Below, one piece after another: positions 1 through 8,914 of a stretch of DNA of 47,021 bases. The DNA comes from Escherichia phage ChristineMuster_Bas80: the sequence record PQ850597.1, one strand, 5' to 3'. Under the pieces are notes generated by a model. The model worked only from the letters and a program-made list of their open reading frames with translations, had not been told where the DNA came from and ran no database searches. Positions within the stretch are counted from its first letter, which is position 1, and every line of letters begins with the position of its first letter. A program made the translations under genes and the position numbers.

Positions 1-489
1 ATGTGCAGACGCGAAATGAAAATGCATGGTGCTACACAAAAAATCATACAAATGGTAGATGAAATGAAGCTAACAAAAAAACAACGCGAAGAGCTACGCA
101 TGAAGTTCGGTGGTCGCTGTGCTTATTGTGGGTGTGAGCTACCTGAGAAAGGTTGGCATGCAGACCATGTTGAACCAGTGCTACGTAAATCTGAGCAGTG
201 CATGAAAGCAGCGGCGAAAGGGATTTTCAAGCTGAAGGCAACCGGTGAGCTATATCGACCAGAAGCCGAGCGACTGGAAAACCTTTACCCTGCGTGCGCC
301 CCCTGCAATCTGATGAAAACTTCCTATTCCCTGGAAATGTTCAGGAAGCAGGTATCTCTTCAGGTTGCTCGTGGGCGCAAAAGCAGCATGAATTTCCGCA
401 CTGCAGAGCGTTTCGGTCTTATCGCCGTGGTGGAGAGACCGGTTGTTTTCTGGTTTGAGAAATACCAGGAAGAGAACGAAAAAAAATAA
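1..489 (+). CDS. HNH-family endonuclease (may continue upstream of window edge)
   Basis: Translation shows paired Cys and His residues in HNH-like spacing (CAYCGCEL...HADHVEPV...CAPCN); sits directly upstream of terminase genes. Confidence 0.65.
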   Translation: MCRREMKMHGATQKIIQMVDEMKLTKKQREELRMKFGGRCAYCGCELPEKGWHADHVEPVLRKSEQCMKAAAKGIFKLKATGELYRPEAERLENLYPACAPCNLMKTSYSLEMFRKQVSLQVARGRKSSMNFRTAERFGLIAVVERPVVFWFEKYQEENEKK

Positions 490-611
490 ATGTGTTTATG
501 ATGCTCTGTTGGCAAGCGCGATAATGATGGTGTACAATAAACGCATAACCACCATTGCTTTCACTTATATCATCACCCAACCTTTAACCCGCCTTGTGAG
601 GGTTCTTTTTT

Positions 612-633
612 ATCTACGTCTATGTGTTAAAAT
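612..633 (+). promoter_or_regulatory. Putative promoter: ATCTACGTC motif followed by extended -10 TGtTAAAAT
   Basis: atctacgtc at 612-620, TG at 625-626, TAAAAT at 628-633; about 35 nt upstream of the 670 start codon. Confidence 0.4.
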
Positions 634-669
634 TAGCGTATGTGAGTTACTCAAAGAACACAAAAAGAC

Positions 670-1113
670 ATGGCGAATCCAAATCCAAAACACAAGTTTT
701 CCTCTACAAATCAACCGCCTCCGCGCGGTAAGAGTTATCGCACAGTGCTGCTTGAGGCGCTTCGTGCTGCAAATACACCGATGAATGAGATTGAATTCGT
801 CACGTATTACATCAATAGGGCCATGACATGCGAAGACGCTCAGGCAACTGGTATGCTTCGAGAGATATTCCTGCGGCTCAACCCAATTCCTAAGCCTGTA
901 GCTCCTCCTGTGGAGTTTGACTTCCCTGCTGACGGAACTCCGGTTCAGAAAATGGATGCAATCATCAAGGGTGTCTCCACTGGCGTCGTGCCTGCTGACA
1001 TCGGCAAGATGATGGCTGACATTATCAAGTCTGGCCTTGATATTCAGGAAATCACCGAACTCGCAGCGCGACTTGAGCGACTGGAGAAATTACTGGAGCA
1101 GCAGAATGCGTGA
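670..1113 (+). CDS. Putative terminase small subunit
   Basis: 147-aa ORF immediately upstream of the large terminase gene; assignment by position only. Confidence 0.45.
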   Translation: MANPNPKHKFSSTNQPPPRGKSYRTVLLEALRAANTPMNEIEFVTYYINRAMTCEDAQATGMLREIFLRLNPIPKPVAPPVEFDFPADGTPVQKMDAIIKGVSTGVVPADIGKMMADIIKSGLDIQEITELAARLERLEKLLEQQNA

Positions 1114-1253
1114 TGTTGTTACGTGGTGTTTTGTGGCATCTATCGCCATGAGCATGATTAGCGCCATTATGCCATCAGGGGATTTTGCTGGCAGCATATT
1201 CGCATTTATGTTCTGGATATCAGGATGGGTTATCGCTTGGGGACGGGTTCGAT

Positions 1254-2675
1254 ATGGCTCGTAAACGCCTCTCTGCACTGGCAATCGAAAAACTGGAAGC
1301 GCAGATTGATGATGCAATGACAGATGTCGCCGAGTCAGCCATCTTTGGCATCTGCGATATGCAGAAGAACGTCATTAAGCGGTTAAGGATGACTGCTACT
1401 GGCGTTGATGACGTGACCAATGCAACCACTCATGCCGACCACCTGATTCCAGCAAAGCTGGAGCGATTGCTTTACCCGAAGCCGTGGAAGGTTGTTTATG
1501 GTGGCCGTGGGTCGGCAAAGACCCGCACAGTATCGACAATCCTTACCGAGTCGGCAAGGTTCAAATCAGAGCGTATCGGGTGCTTCCGAGAGATTCAGCA
1601 ATCAATTGAAGACTCCAGTTATCAGGAACTGGTGGACGAGATTGATCGCAAAGGAGAATCAAAAGAGTATCGCTGCATTGATGGCAAGATTACCCACAAG
1701 AAGACTAAATCAAAGTTCAGGTTCCGTGGCCTTTATCGCAACGTGACTGGCGTTAAGGGTTTTGCTGGTATCACGAAGGCATGGATTGAGGAGGCTGAAA
1801 ACGTCAGTCAGGCATCATGGGATATTCTTGAGCCTACCGTGCGTAACCCCGGCGCTGAAATATGGGTAACATTTAACCCTAACAAAGAAACCGACGCCAC
1901 ATGGACGCGCTGGGTGGCTCCGTGGCACGACAAAATGGTAAACGGAATTTACGAGGATGATGAAATACTCATCATTGAGTGTAACTGGACCGATAACCCG
2001 TGGATGACAGAGGAACTAATCCGCTCAAAAGATAAAATGAAGCGCGTAGATTTCGACCGCTACATGTGGATATGGGAGGGCAAATTCAACAAGCGCAGCG
2101 ACGAGCAGGTCTTCGGTGGTAAATGGCGCATTGATAACTTTGAGGTCAAACCTGAATGGCATGGTCCATACTTCGGGATGGACTTCGGATTCAGTACGGA
2201 CCCTACCGCAATGGTTGAGGTTTACATCGAAGAATTACCAGGTGGACGGCGCAATATTTATATTAATCGCGAGTACGGCAAGGTTGGTCTTGAGATTACC
2301 GATACGCCAGCCGCAATGGAGCAATCATTCCCGATGGCTAAGCGCGCTCGATGGTATGCCGACTGCGCTCGACCAGAAACTATCAGTCACATCAAGCGTT
2401 CTGGGTTCGATATTCACCCATGCACAAAATGGCCGGGAAGCGTTGAAGATGGCGTTACGTGGCTGCGCGGCTGTGACAGAATCGTCATTCACGAACAATG
2501 CAAGGAAATGCAGAATGAAGCGGCAATGTACAGCTATAAGGTTGATAAGCTGACAGGGAATGTGCTGACTGATATTGTTGATGCATATAACCATTACTGG
2601 GATGCTGTTCGCTACGCCCTCAATGACCATATCGTTCAGCGCGGTAGCGGAATGCTAATCCGGCGCAGGCGATAA
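1254..2675 (+). CDS. Terminase large subunit
   Basis: About 470-aa product with Walker-A-like VVYGGRGSAKTRT near the N-terminus and an acidic-residue-rich C-terminal nuclease-like half; follows small-subunit candidate. In-frame ATG at 1185 is an alternative start. Confidence 0.8.
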   Translation: MARKRLSALAIEKLEAQIDDAMTDVAESAIFGICDMQKNVIKRLRMTATGVDDVTNATTHADHLIPAKLERLLYPKPWKVVYGGRGSAKTRTVSTILTESARFKSERIGCFREIQQSIEDSSYQELVDEIDRKGESKEYRCIDGKITHKKTKSKFRFRGLYRNVTGVKGFAGITKAWIEEAENVSQASWDILEPTVRNPGAEIWVTFNPNKETDATWTRWVAPWHDKMVNGIYEDDEILIIECNWTDNPWMTEELIRSKDKMKRVDFDRYMWIWEGKFNKRSDEQVFGGKWRIDNFEVKPEWHGPYFGMDFGFSTDPTAMVEVYIEELPGGRRNIYINREYGKVGLEITDTPAAMEQSFPMAKRARWYADCARPETISHIKRSGFDIHPCTKWPGSVEDGVTWLRGCDRIVIHEQCKEMQNEAAMYSYKVDKLTGNVLTDIVDAYNHYWDAVRYALNDHIVQRGSGMLIRRRR

Positions 2676-2681
2676 AAAAAT

Positions 2682-2705
2682 AAAGCCCTCAATCGAGGGC
2701 TTTTA
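2682..2705. terminator. Rho-independent terminator (bidirectional candidate)
   Basis: gccctc-aatc-gagggc hairpin at 2685-2700 followed by TTTT, preceded by A-run; lies between convergent genes. Confidence 0.6.
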
Positions 2706-2831
2706 TCATCCTGTCATAACACTCAATATTTGACTTTGCCATTACTGTTTCTGAAAGTGAATGATAAACTTTTTCTTTATCATGAATGTCAATGCACTCC
2801 GCTTTTAACAGGGCGCAAATTGATTCAAATC

Positions 2832-3044
2832 TTAAAACATCGACGATAGAGTTTTCACACATGCTCTCAATTTCTCCAGGGTGCTCAAGCCATCTGTATT
2901 TGTCTGATTCATGATTTCCAGGCGATCTGAAGGGGTTAAGTAACCGTTCCAGATATCGTTAGCAATCTCCAGTTTTCCAGCGACATAACCAAATTCAGAG
3001 TTTTCATTTATGATTTTTTCAGCAACTTCAATTAAGTTAATCAT
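2832..3044 (-). CDS. Hypothetical protein (70 aa)
   Basis: ORF with ATG at 3044 preceded by GAGGAAAG RBS; track start at 3059 is a TTG and less likely. Confidence 0.4.
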   Translation of the reverse strand: MINLIEVAEKIINENSEFGYVAGKLEIANDIWNGYLTPSDRLEIMNQTNTDGLSTLEKLRACVKTLSSMF

Positions 3045-3077
3045 TTTTTCTTTCCTCAATTTCGTTTCAATGAGTTC

Positions 3078-3106
3078 ATTCTACGTCACCATTGAATCCA
3101 CGTCAA
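3078..3106 (-). promoter_or_regulatory. Sigma70-like promoter TTGACG-17-TAGAAT (minus strand)
   Basis: Reverse complement of 3101-3106 is TTGACG, 17-nt spacer, reverse complement of 3078-3083 is TAGAAT; about 30 nt upstream of the 3044 start. Confidence 0.5.
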
Positions 3107-3143
3107 CATTTATTATTATTGCTGATAAATCCGCATCACACGC

Positions 3144-3183
3144 TTGACCAATCTACACCGAGCGCATAGTATAATCTACATCA
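3144..3183 (+). promoter_or_regulatory. Putative promoter with perfect -10 TATAAT flanked by ATCTACA motifs
   Basis: TTGACC at 3144-3149, atctacacc at 3151-3159, TATAAT at 3170-3175, atctacatca at 3174-3183; -35 to -10 spacing of 20 is non-canonical. Confidence 0.4.
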
Positions 3184-3203
3184 GGCTTACCGGAGACATC
3201 ACT

Positions 3204-3410
3204 ATGCGCAGCTATGCAGGATTCACACAGGAGGAAAAAGAACAGGTTTATTCACTGGCACGAGCTGGTGTGCCTGACGAGGTAATTTGTCGTCGGTATG
3301 ACATCGACGAGGATTTTCTGCTGCGCGTTATTGATGATGTCTTCGTTAACCTGCAAGAGAAGCGCGGGTATAAGGGTATCTGCTGCAAGAATGATTTTTT
3401 GAGAGGGTGA
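3204..3410 (+). CDS. Hypothetical small protein, possible helix-turn-helix
   Basis: ATG at 3204 preceded by GGAG; 68 aa; segment QVYSLARAGVPDEVICRRYDI resembles an HTH. Confidence 0.4.
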   Translation: MRSYAGFTQEEKEQVYSLARAGVPDEVICRRYDIDEDFLLRVIDDVFVNLQEKRGYKGICCKNDFLRG

Positions 3411-3414
3411 TGTG

Positions 3415-3609
3415 ATGCTTAAGATAAGCAAGATGAGCAACAGAAGCAAGATCGGAAGGATTGCTTTACTGCCATTTTTTGTTCCTGTGTGGTTGTTGTG
3501 GGTTTTATTTTCTGGTGCAAGAAGTTTATTTGAGTATCTTGAGTTTTGGCAGAAAAATGTTATGCGAAAATTCCATGATGTCATTGATAAGTGGTTTCCG
3601 ATTGGTTGA
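3415..3609 (+). CDS. Small membrane protein (one predicted TM)
   Basis: 64-aa ORF with hydrophobic stretch IALLPFFVPVWLLWVLF; GAGGGTG RBS. Confidence 0.4.
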   Translation: MLKISKMSNRSKIGRIALLPFFVPVWLLWVLFSGARSLFEYLEFWQKNVMRKFHDVIDKWFPIG

Positions 3610-3851
3610 GGTGATGTGATGACAAGAAAATAGGTTCACGAATATTCTATTGCAGTCAGAAAGCGCGTCGAAGATGTATGGACGAATCATGGATTACGCA
3701 GCAATAGAGCCAAATTGGTTGCAAAATGCCATCAAGTCGTAAGTGGTGACAGGATTGAGTGTTACGCGTTTAATCAGTGGATGAAGTCTGGTGTTGTGAA
3801 TAAGGAATAATTATATCAGCACTGCACACTTCATAATCAACATTACCACCA

Positions 3852-3886
3852 TGCTATAATCCCATCCAACGTGATGGGATTTTTTA
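3852..3886 (+). promoter_or_regulatory. Extended -10 promoter (TGcTATAAT) overlapping a hairpin plus T-tract
   Basis: TGcTATAAT at 3852-3860; stem atcccatc (3859-3866) / gatgggat (3873-3880) followed by TTTTT; directly upstream of portal start. Confidence 0.45.
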
Positions 3887-3896
3887 TTGGTGACAT

Positions 3897-5309
3897 ATGT
3901 CAAAAATTGATGCACTAAACGCCTATATACGCGACCGCGTGGCGAACAATGACCGGGCGCTTCAGCAACAACGGCTTTGCGCTGGCGGGAAGAATCTTGA
4001 CCAGAAACGTGAGTTCATGTGGAAGGAGCTGGGATACCCGCAGGAAATCACTGCCGAGATGTTCCGCTATGCCTATGAGCGACATCCAGCTGCTGCCGCT
4101 GGCATTAACCGCATTATTAATAAATGCTGGCAGAAATACCCTGAAGTAGTTGAAGATGGCGAGGACGACAAGAACTCAACGTCGTGGGAAATGTCCATCA
4201 ATGACATGTTGAAGCGCGCCTATCCGTTCATCAAAGAGGCCGACAAGCGCAACGCTATCAACCGCTATTCCGCTGTGATACTGCAAATCCGTGATGGTAA
4301 GCAATGGAGTGAGCCGGTAGACATCACCAAAACACGCCGCATTAAAGATAAATCCATCGTCCGCTTTATTCCTGTGTGGGAGGAGCAGCTCAAAGTCAGT
4401 GCGTGGAATAACGATGAAGCCAGCGAAGACTACGGCATGCCTGAGATGTACGAATACCAGGAAAGCGCCGTGGAAGATTTCGATAGCGACGGCAAACCTG
4501 AACGTTCAGTGCAGATTCATCCTGACCGCATCATCATTCTGGCTGAGGGTAGCTTTGACGGCAGCATGTTCAGCGGCATCCCGATGCTGCGTGCTGGCTA
4601 CAACAGCCTTATCGACATGGCTAAAGTTTCCGGCAGTTCTGCGGAAGGATTCCTGAAGAATGCAAGCCGACAGCTGGCTGTTAACTACACGAAGGATAAC
4701 GTAACGCCAGCAAGCCTAGCTCAGTCGATGGGAGTCGATATTGAAGAACTCACCGACATCATGAATGAGAACATTGAGGCGCTGAACTCAGGGATTGACG
4801 CAGCCATGTTCACAATGGGGGCTGATGCTAAGGTTCTTGCTGTGACACCAGCTGACCCGAAACCCACATGGGAAGTTGCTGCCAACCAGTTCGCTGCATC
4901 AATGGCGCTTCCGTTCACCGTCATTTTCGGGCAGCAAACCGGACGCCTTGCGAGTGATGAAGACAAGATGCAGGAGGCGATGACTGCCAAGCAGCGCCGA
5001 GAAACATGGGTGGATTATGTTATCTCAATGTTCGTTGAGCGCATGATTCAGTTCGGCATCGTCGATAAAGCACCGGCAAATGGCTACAAGGTTAAGTGGG
5101 ACGACCTGCTTGCTCCATCAGAGCTGGATAAGGCGGAGTTGCTGTCTAAGCTCGCCACTGCGAACAAGTCGTTCTTTGATGCTGGTCAATCTGCGTTGCT
5201 TACCGTCGATGAGGCTCGCGGCATGGTTGGTATGGAGCCGATTGAACTTGATGAAAGTTATCGCGAAGACACACCACTGGAAGATGAAAATGAAGATACT
5301 CCGGTTTAA
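3897..5309 (+). CDS. Portal protein (putative)
   Basis: 470-aa ORF following terminase genes, acidic C-terminus, followed by Mu-F-like head gene; assigned by size, order and general portal-like character. Confidence 0.65.
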   Translation: MSKIDALNAYIRDRVANNDRALQQQRLCAGGKNLDQKREFMWKELGYPQEITAEMFRYAYERHPAAAAGINRIINKCWQKYPEVVEDGEDDKNSTSWEMSINDMLKRAYPFIKEADKRNAINRYSAVILQIRDGKQWSEPVDITKTRRIKDKSIVRFIPVWEEQLKVSAWNNDEASEDYGMPEMYEYQESAVEDFDSDGKPERSVQIHPDRIIILAEGSFDGSMFSGIPMLRAGYNSLIDMAKVSGSSAEGFLKNASRQLAVNYTKDNVTPASLAQSMGVDIEELTDIMNENIEALNSGIDAAMFTMGADAKVLAVTPADPKPTWEVAANQFAASMALPFTVIFGQQTGRLASDEDKMQEAMTAKQRRETWVDYVISMFVERMIQFGIVDKAPANGYKVKWDDLLAPSELDKAELLSKLATANKSFFDAGQSALLTVDEARGMVGMEPIELDESYREDTPLEDENEDTPV

Positions 5310-6243
5310 CGCCAGACTACCCCAGCCGCGCATATCGCAGAGCCTGACCGACCCGTTAGGCGCTGCAGCCCGCCTGTCGAAAATGGACAAGGTGATAACG
5401 CGCAAATACAAACAACTCAGGACTCGTTCGCTTGAGTTGTTTCGCACCATTCCGAGCAGTCAGACCAACGCAGAATCAAGTGGTCTGTATTTCTACGATT
5501 TCAGTAGTGCGCGTGCCGCTACGTTCATGGATGAGTTACAGGAGCTGGTTGACGAGATTCTGCTGGAAGGTGATGATTTCGGTCACGGCAGGATGTGGGC
5601 TAATATGTTCATTGGTGATGCGTATCAGGCCGGGACGCAGAAGGCAAACTCAGAACTATCAAGTCTGTCTCCGGTTTATGCTGAACAGCGACCGATTGCT
5701 GCAATACTCTACAGTGAGCCATATCTGAATCGGCTGCGGCTTGCGTATACAGCTGGTTACTCGGACTGGCGAGGATTGAGTGATTACTCACGCCAACAAC
5801 TGGCATCCGTCATTATGGAAGGCATTGCCCGTGGTGCCAATCCTCGAGATGTTGAGGCTGATATTGTTAAGCGTGTTGACGTGTCACATAGTTACGCGAA
5901 GCAGATAGCGCAGACTGAAATCACCGGAACGCTGCGGCAGGCTAACAGGAGAGAAGTCATTGAGGCTCGCGAGGAATTAGGTATTGAAACGGTGATGCTG
6001 TGGCAATCGGCATTATTGCCTGGTCGAACGAGATTTACTCACGCGGCACGGCACGGGCGGTTTTACGCGCCAGAGGAGATTGACACGTTCTATAGCGAGA
6101 ATGGCAATAGATATAATTGCCACTGTGCACAAGTACCAACATTGATAATGGATGGCAAGCCAGTCATTCTTGAGTCGTCGCAGGAAAGGCTTGATAAGCA
6201 GCGTGAAGCGTGGCAATCAGCCAATAAAAAGCCCTCTAAGTGA
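5284..6243 (+). CDS. Head morphogenesis protein (Mu F / SPP1 gp7-like)
   Basis: ATG at 5284 in frame with track ORF 5080-6243 and overlapping the portal 3' end; C-terminal half has Mu-F-family character (…[20 protein letters not shown]…). Confidence 0.7.
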   Translation: MKMKILRFNARLPQPRISQSLTDPLGAAARLSKMDKVITRKYKQLRTRSLELFRTIPSSQTNAESSGLYFYDFSSARAATFMDELQELVDEILLEGDDFGHGRMWANMFIGDAYQAGTQKANSELSSLSPVYAEQRPIAAILYSEPYLNRLRLAYTAGYSDWRGLSDYSRQQLASVIMEGIARGANPRDVEADIVKRVDVSHSYAKQIAQTEITGTLRQANRREVIEAREELGIETVMLWQSALLPGRTRFTHAARHGRFYAPEEIDTFYSENGNRYNCHCAQVPTLIMDGKPVILESSQERLDKQREAWQSANKKPSK

Positions 6244-6256
6244 GGGCTTGTTTTTA
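6230..6256. terminator. Rho-independent terminator (bidirectional candidate)
   Basis: agccctc-taagt-gagggct hairpin (6230-6248) followed by tgttttt. Confidence 0.6.
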
Positions 6257-6326
6257 TCTTATCAGCATGCACAGAACAAATACTATTATCGCATAGCACA
6301 ATATCTCTACGACGCTGAATATTGTT

Positions 6327-6935
6327 TTAATCATCAAGTTTCACGCCGGGAATTTTGCCTGCTGCGATGGCTTCATAAATTAGCTTAGCCTCATCCTCGC
6401 GCTTGTAATCTTGCGCTACCATTTCTAATACCGCGCAGATAGATTCAAGTACAGCCTCATGCTTCCTTTCTGCTTCTGTGCGAAATGGGATGAAAACATC
6501 CTTATTGGATGGGGTTATTGCGTAGTAAATCTCACCAGATGGTCTGATAACTATTTTTTCGCCATCAAGACCAATAACCTTGACTTTTCCCCATGACGTT
6601 CCGTTGCTGATATACTCACATTCACACCCAACTGGCGGCAGTCCTTCTCCGTTCCATGCTGAATTTTTCGATGCTGCGAGCGCTGCTTTGTATTGCCAAT
6701 AGGTTACTATCGACTCCTTATGGTCGGAAGATAATGGCGTAGCCCATTCTTCTCCATACCAGAAATGCACAAGGCTATTTCCTGTGTGATGTTTCCATGA
6801 GAACCCCTCATAGTGTGGGTCATTTGTGTCCCATGCGCACAGCGAACCGTCATTATCTTGAGTAATTGACAGCGCGTTTTGAGGCCACCCACCGCGCTTA
6901 GGTAATTCTTGAACCAGTAAATCAATAAGCTTCAT
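6327..6935 (-). CDS. Hypothetical protein (202 aa)
   Basis: ATG at 6935 (MKLIDLL...) preceded by AGGAG; overlaps stop of upstream HNH gene. Confidence 0.5.
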   Translation of the reverse strand: MKLIDLLVQELPKRGGWPQNALSITQDNDGSLCAWDTNDPHYEGFSWKHHTGNSLVHFWYGEEWATPLSSDHKESIVTYWQYKAALAASKNSAWNGEGLPPVGCECEYISNGTSWGKVKVIGLDGEKIVIRPSGEIYYAITPSNKDVFIPFRTEAERKHEAVLESICAVLEMVAQDYKREDEAKLIYEAIAAGKIPGVKLDD

Positions 6936-7407
6936 AATTAAAATCTCCTGCGTATTTAATTCTCGCCTCTTGCGACACAAGCTCTGCCAGCTCAATGTCT
7001 TCGTAGTAGCCCAGATGGATCTGTGTTTTATTTACGCATATCCTTACTCGCCATGAATTTCCGGCAGGATACCAGCTGACTCCCTTCATCCCTGTTTTGT
7101 TTCTGGATGTGATATCCTTGTTGTGCTTATTTTCAGATGAAGTGCATGGCCTTAAGTTGCATAATCTATTGTCATCTCTCACCCTGTTAATATGATCCAC
7201 CTCCTTTGGCATCTCTCCTGTCACGTATAGAAGAGCAAGCCTGTGCGCAAGATAAAGCTTTCCATCAATGCAGATCTGTATGTACCCTTTCCCATTTACC
7301 GACCCAGCCTTTCGACCGCTAAACCCATGTCTTCTTGATTTAATCCACGTGAATTCACCAGATTCAGGGTTATAACTAAGAACACGGAAAAGATCACATT
7401 GTTTCAT
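6922..7407 (-). CDS. HNH endonuclease with AP2-like DNA-binding region
   Basis: Motifs GYIQICIDGKLYLAHRLALLYVTGEMPKEVDHINRVRDDNRLCNLR typical of HNH_3-type homing endonucleases; GGGAGA RBS. Confidence 0.7.
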   Translation of the reverse strand: MKQCDLFRVLSYNPESGEFTWIKSRRHGFSGRKAGSVNGKGYIQICIDGKLYLAHRLALLYVTGEMPKEVDHINRVRDDNRLCNLRPCTSSENKHNKDITSRNKTGMKGVSWYPAGNSWRVRICVNKTQIHLGYYEDIELAELVSQEARIKYAGDFNYEAY

Positions 7408-7700
7408 TTTGTTTCTCCCAATGCTTTATTAACCGCCTCACGCGCATTATCCAGAGCGCGACGCTTGCTTGATGTTGTCCAGACTTTGCCGTCTGCAGAA
7501 TCGTAGCATTCAATCATTTGCTGCGTAGCAATAATCAATTCGGAAATAAGCATGTCGCGATATGCTAACTCAGCAGCAATAGCTGATTTTGAGTGCAATG
7601 ATTCAGAGCTCATGGCGCTAACATGCTGGGAATAAAAGCCACCAATTTCATCAAGGATATCTATATCCCGCTCTGCATACAGATTATTGCTGTCAGTCAT
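7404..7700 (-). CDS. Hypothetical protein (98 aa)
   Basis: ATG at 7700 overlaps upstream stop (ATGA); track start at 7724 also possible. Confidence 0.4.
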   Translation of the reverse strand: MTDSNNLYAERDIDILDEIGGFYSQHVSAMSSESLHSKSAIAAELAYRDMLISELIIATQQMIECYDSADGKVWTTSSKRRALDNAREAVNKALGETK

Positions 7701-7840
7701 TTGATATACTCCATAATCTCGCATTCACGCATCTGCACCAGACTAAATGGTGCAACCACTTTTCCGCACGGACGGATTTTGATTTGCTCAAAATTGAACA
7801 CTTCGCAGCGTCCGTTTTCTTTGAATTTGACCATTACCAT
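7697..7840 (-). CDS. Small hypothetical protein (47 aa)
   Basis: ATG at 7840 with GAGGAA RBS; stop overlaps next start; below the ORF-track length cutoff. Confidence 0.3.
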   Translation of the reverse strand: MVMVKFKENGRCEVFNFEQIKIRPCGKVVAPFSLVQMRECEIMEYIK

Positions 7841-7862
7841 AATTTCTTCCTCACTCATCGTT

Positions 7863-7919
7863 TGATGTAGATACTATGCACCACCACTCAATCTACGTCA
7901 ATAGCCATTGTGATAGAAT
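7863..7919. promoter_or_regulatory. Divergent promoter region with inverted ATCTACRTCA motifs
   Basis: tgatgtagat at 7863-7872 (reverse orientation) and atctacgtca at 7891-7900, then extended -10 TGaTAGAAT at 7911-7919 for the plus-strand lysis genes. Confidence 0.5.
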
Positions 7920-7945
7920 TAATCATTATTTGAACAGGAGGCAGA

Positions 7946-8224
7946 ATGAAACTATCGCAACGCGGCATGGAGGTGTTTGGAATTACCGATGCCGTAGATA
8001 TATCGCCTTACATCACCACTGAGACAACACAGAATCAGTTTGATGCGCTGACAAGCCTTGCCACCGACATTGGCACTGATGCGTTCCGCAAATCAACGTT
8101 GCTGAAGAAACATAATCTTCGCTGCTTCTCATGTGCTGTTGCGCATTTCATCGTGTGGGGCGAGAAGACTGGCAATAAAGCAAAACGCAATGCTGAAAAA
8201 GAGGTTTACTGGTATGGCTATTAG
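7946..8224 (+). CDS. Lysozyme-like protein, apparently N-terminally truncated (GH24/T4-P22 lysozyme C-terminal region)
   Basis: AGGAGG RBS; segment NQFDALTSLATDIGTDAFRKSTLLKKHNL resembles the conserved NQ(F/Y)DAL...FN(I/V)G...STLL block of phage lysozymes, but the N-terminal catalytic region is absent. Confidence 0.45.
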   Translation: MKLSQRGMEVFGITDAVDISPYITTETTQNQFDALTSLATDIGTDAFRKSTLLKKHNLRCFSCAVAHFIVWGEKTGNKAKRNAEKEVYWYGY

Positions 8225-8678
8225 CAAAAACATGAAGGCGTTTCTGGATATGCTGGCGTACAGCGAAGGCACGGATAACGGGCGGCAGAAAACCAATAAC
8301 CATGGCTATGATGTGATTGTTGGTGGCTCGTTATTTACTGACTACTCCGACCACCCGCGCAAGCTGATTAGCCTGCCGAAGCTGGGAATCAAATCCACTG
8401 CCGCAGGGCGCTATCAGGTGCTGGCTAAGTTTTATGATGCATACAAAAAGCAACTGCGCCTGCCAGACTTCTCTCCCGCATCGCAGGACGCCATTGCAAT
8501 GCAGCTAATCCGTGAATGCAAAGCCACTGCCGATATTGAGGCTGGTCGCATTGCTGATGCCATTCATAAATGCCGCTCCCGTTGGGCCTCGCTGCCGGGA
8601 GCTGGTTATGGTCAGCATGAGCAGAAACTGGATAAGCTGATTCAGGTATACAAGGATGCTGGCGGAGTCGTGGCATGA
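8214..8678 (+). CDS. R: Endolysin, lambda R-like lytic transglycosylase
   Basis: Translation KAFLDMLAYSEGTDNGRQKTNNHGYDVIVGG..FTDYSDHPRK...WASLPGAGYGQ is near-collinear with lambda R as recalled; start overlaps upstream stop. Confidence 0.85.
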   Translation: MAISKNMKAFLDMLAYSEGTDNGRQKTNNHGYDVIVGGSLFTDYSDHPRKLISLPKLGIKSTAAGRYQVLAKFYDAYKKQLRLPDFSPASQDAIAMQLIRECKATADIEAGRIADAIHKCRSRWASLPGAGYGQHEQKLDKLIQVYKDAGGVVA

Positions 8679-8914
8679 AAAAACTAAGCAACTGGCTGCT
8701 CGGGGTATGGATTTCATTCTGCTCACTATTGCAGCTATGGCCAGATGCAATGATGCATGTGTGGGTAATGATGCCGGATGACCTGAAAGCGGCGCTACCG
8801 CCAATCGTGGTTAAAGGCGTGAGCTACTCCATCATGCTGGTTGGTATCCTCGGCAAGATGCACGGCATGAGGAAGGAAAACCGGAGGCTGCGCAATGATG
8901 TCAATTCTCGCTAA
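8675..8914 (+). CDS. Putative holin or lysis-associated membrane protein (two TM segments)
   Basis: 79-aa ORF with two hydrophobic segments and a basic C-terminus, ATGA-coupled to endolysin stop, immediately upstream of the spanin genes. Confidence 0.45.
   Translation: MKKLSNWLLGVWISFCSLLQLWPDAMMHVWVMMPDDLKAALPPIVVKGVSYSIMLVGILGKMHGMRKENRRLRNDVNSR

Noticed and set aside
443-784. 113-aa plus-strand ORF spanning the HNH-terminase intergenic region
   Set aside because: Covers the putative terminator and promoter and overlaps the small-terminase start in another frame; no RBS; likely spurious
2116-2630. Alternate-frame and antisense ORFs inside the large terminase gene
   Set aside because: Embedded in a confidently called gene; no independent start signals
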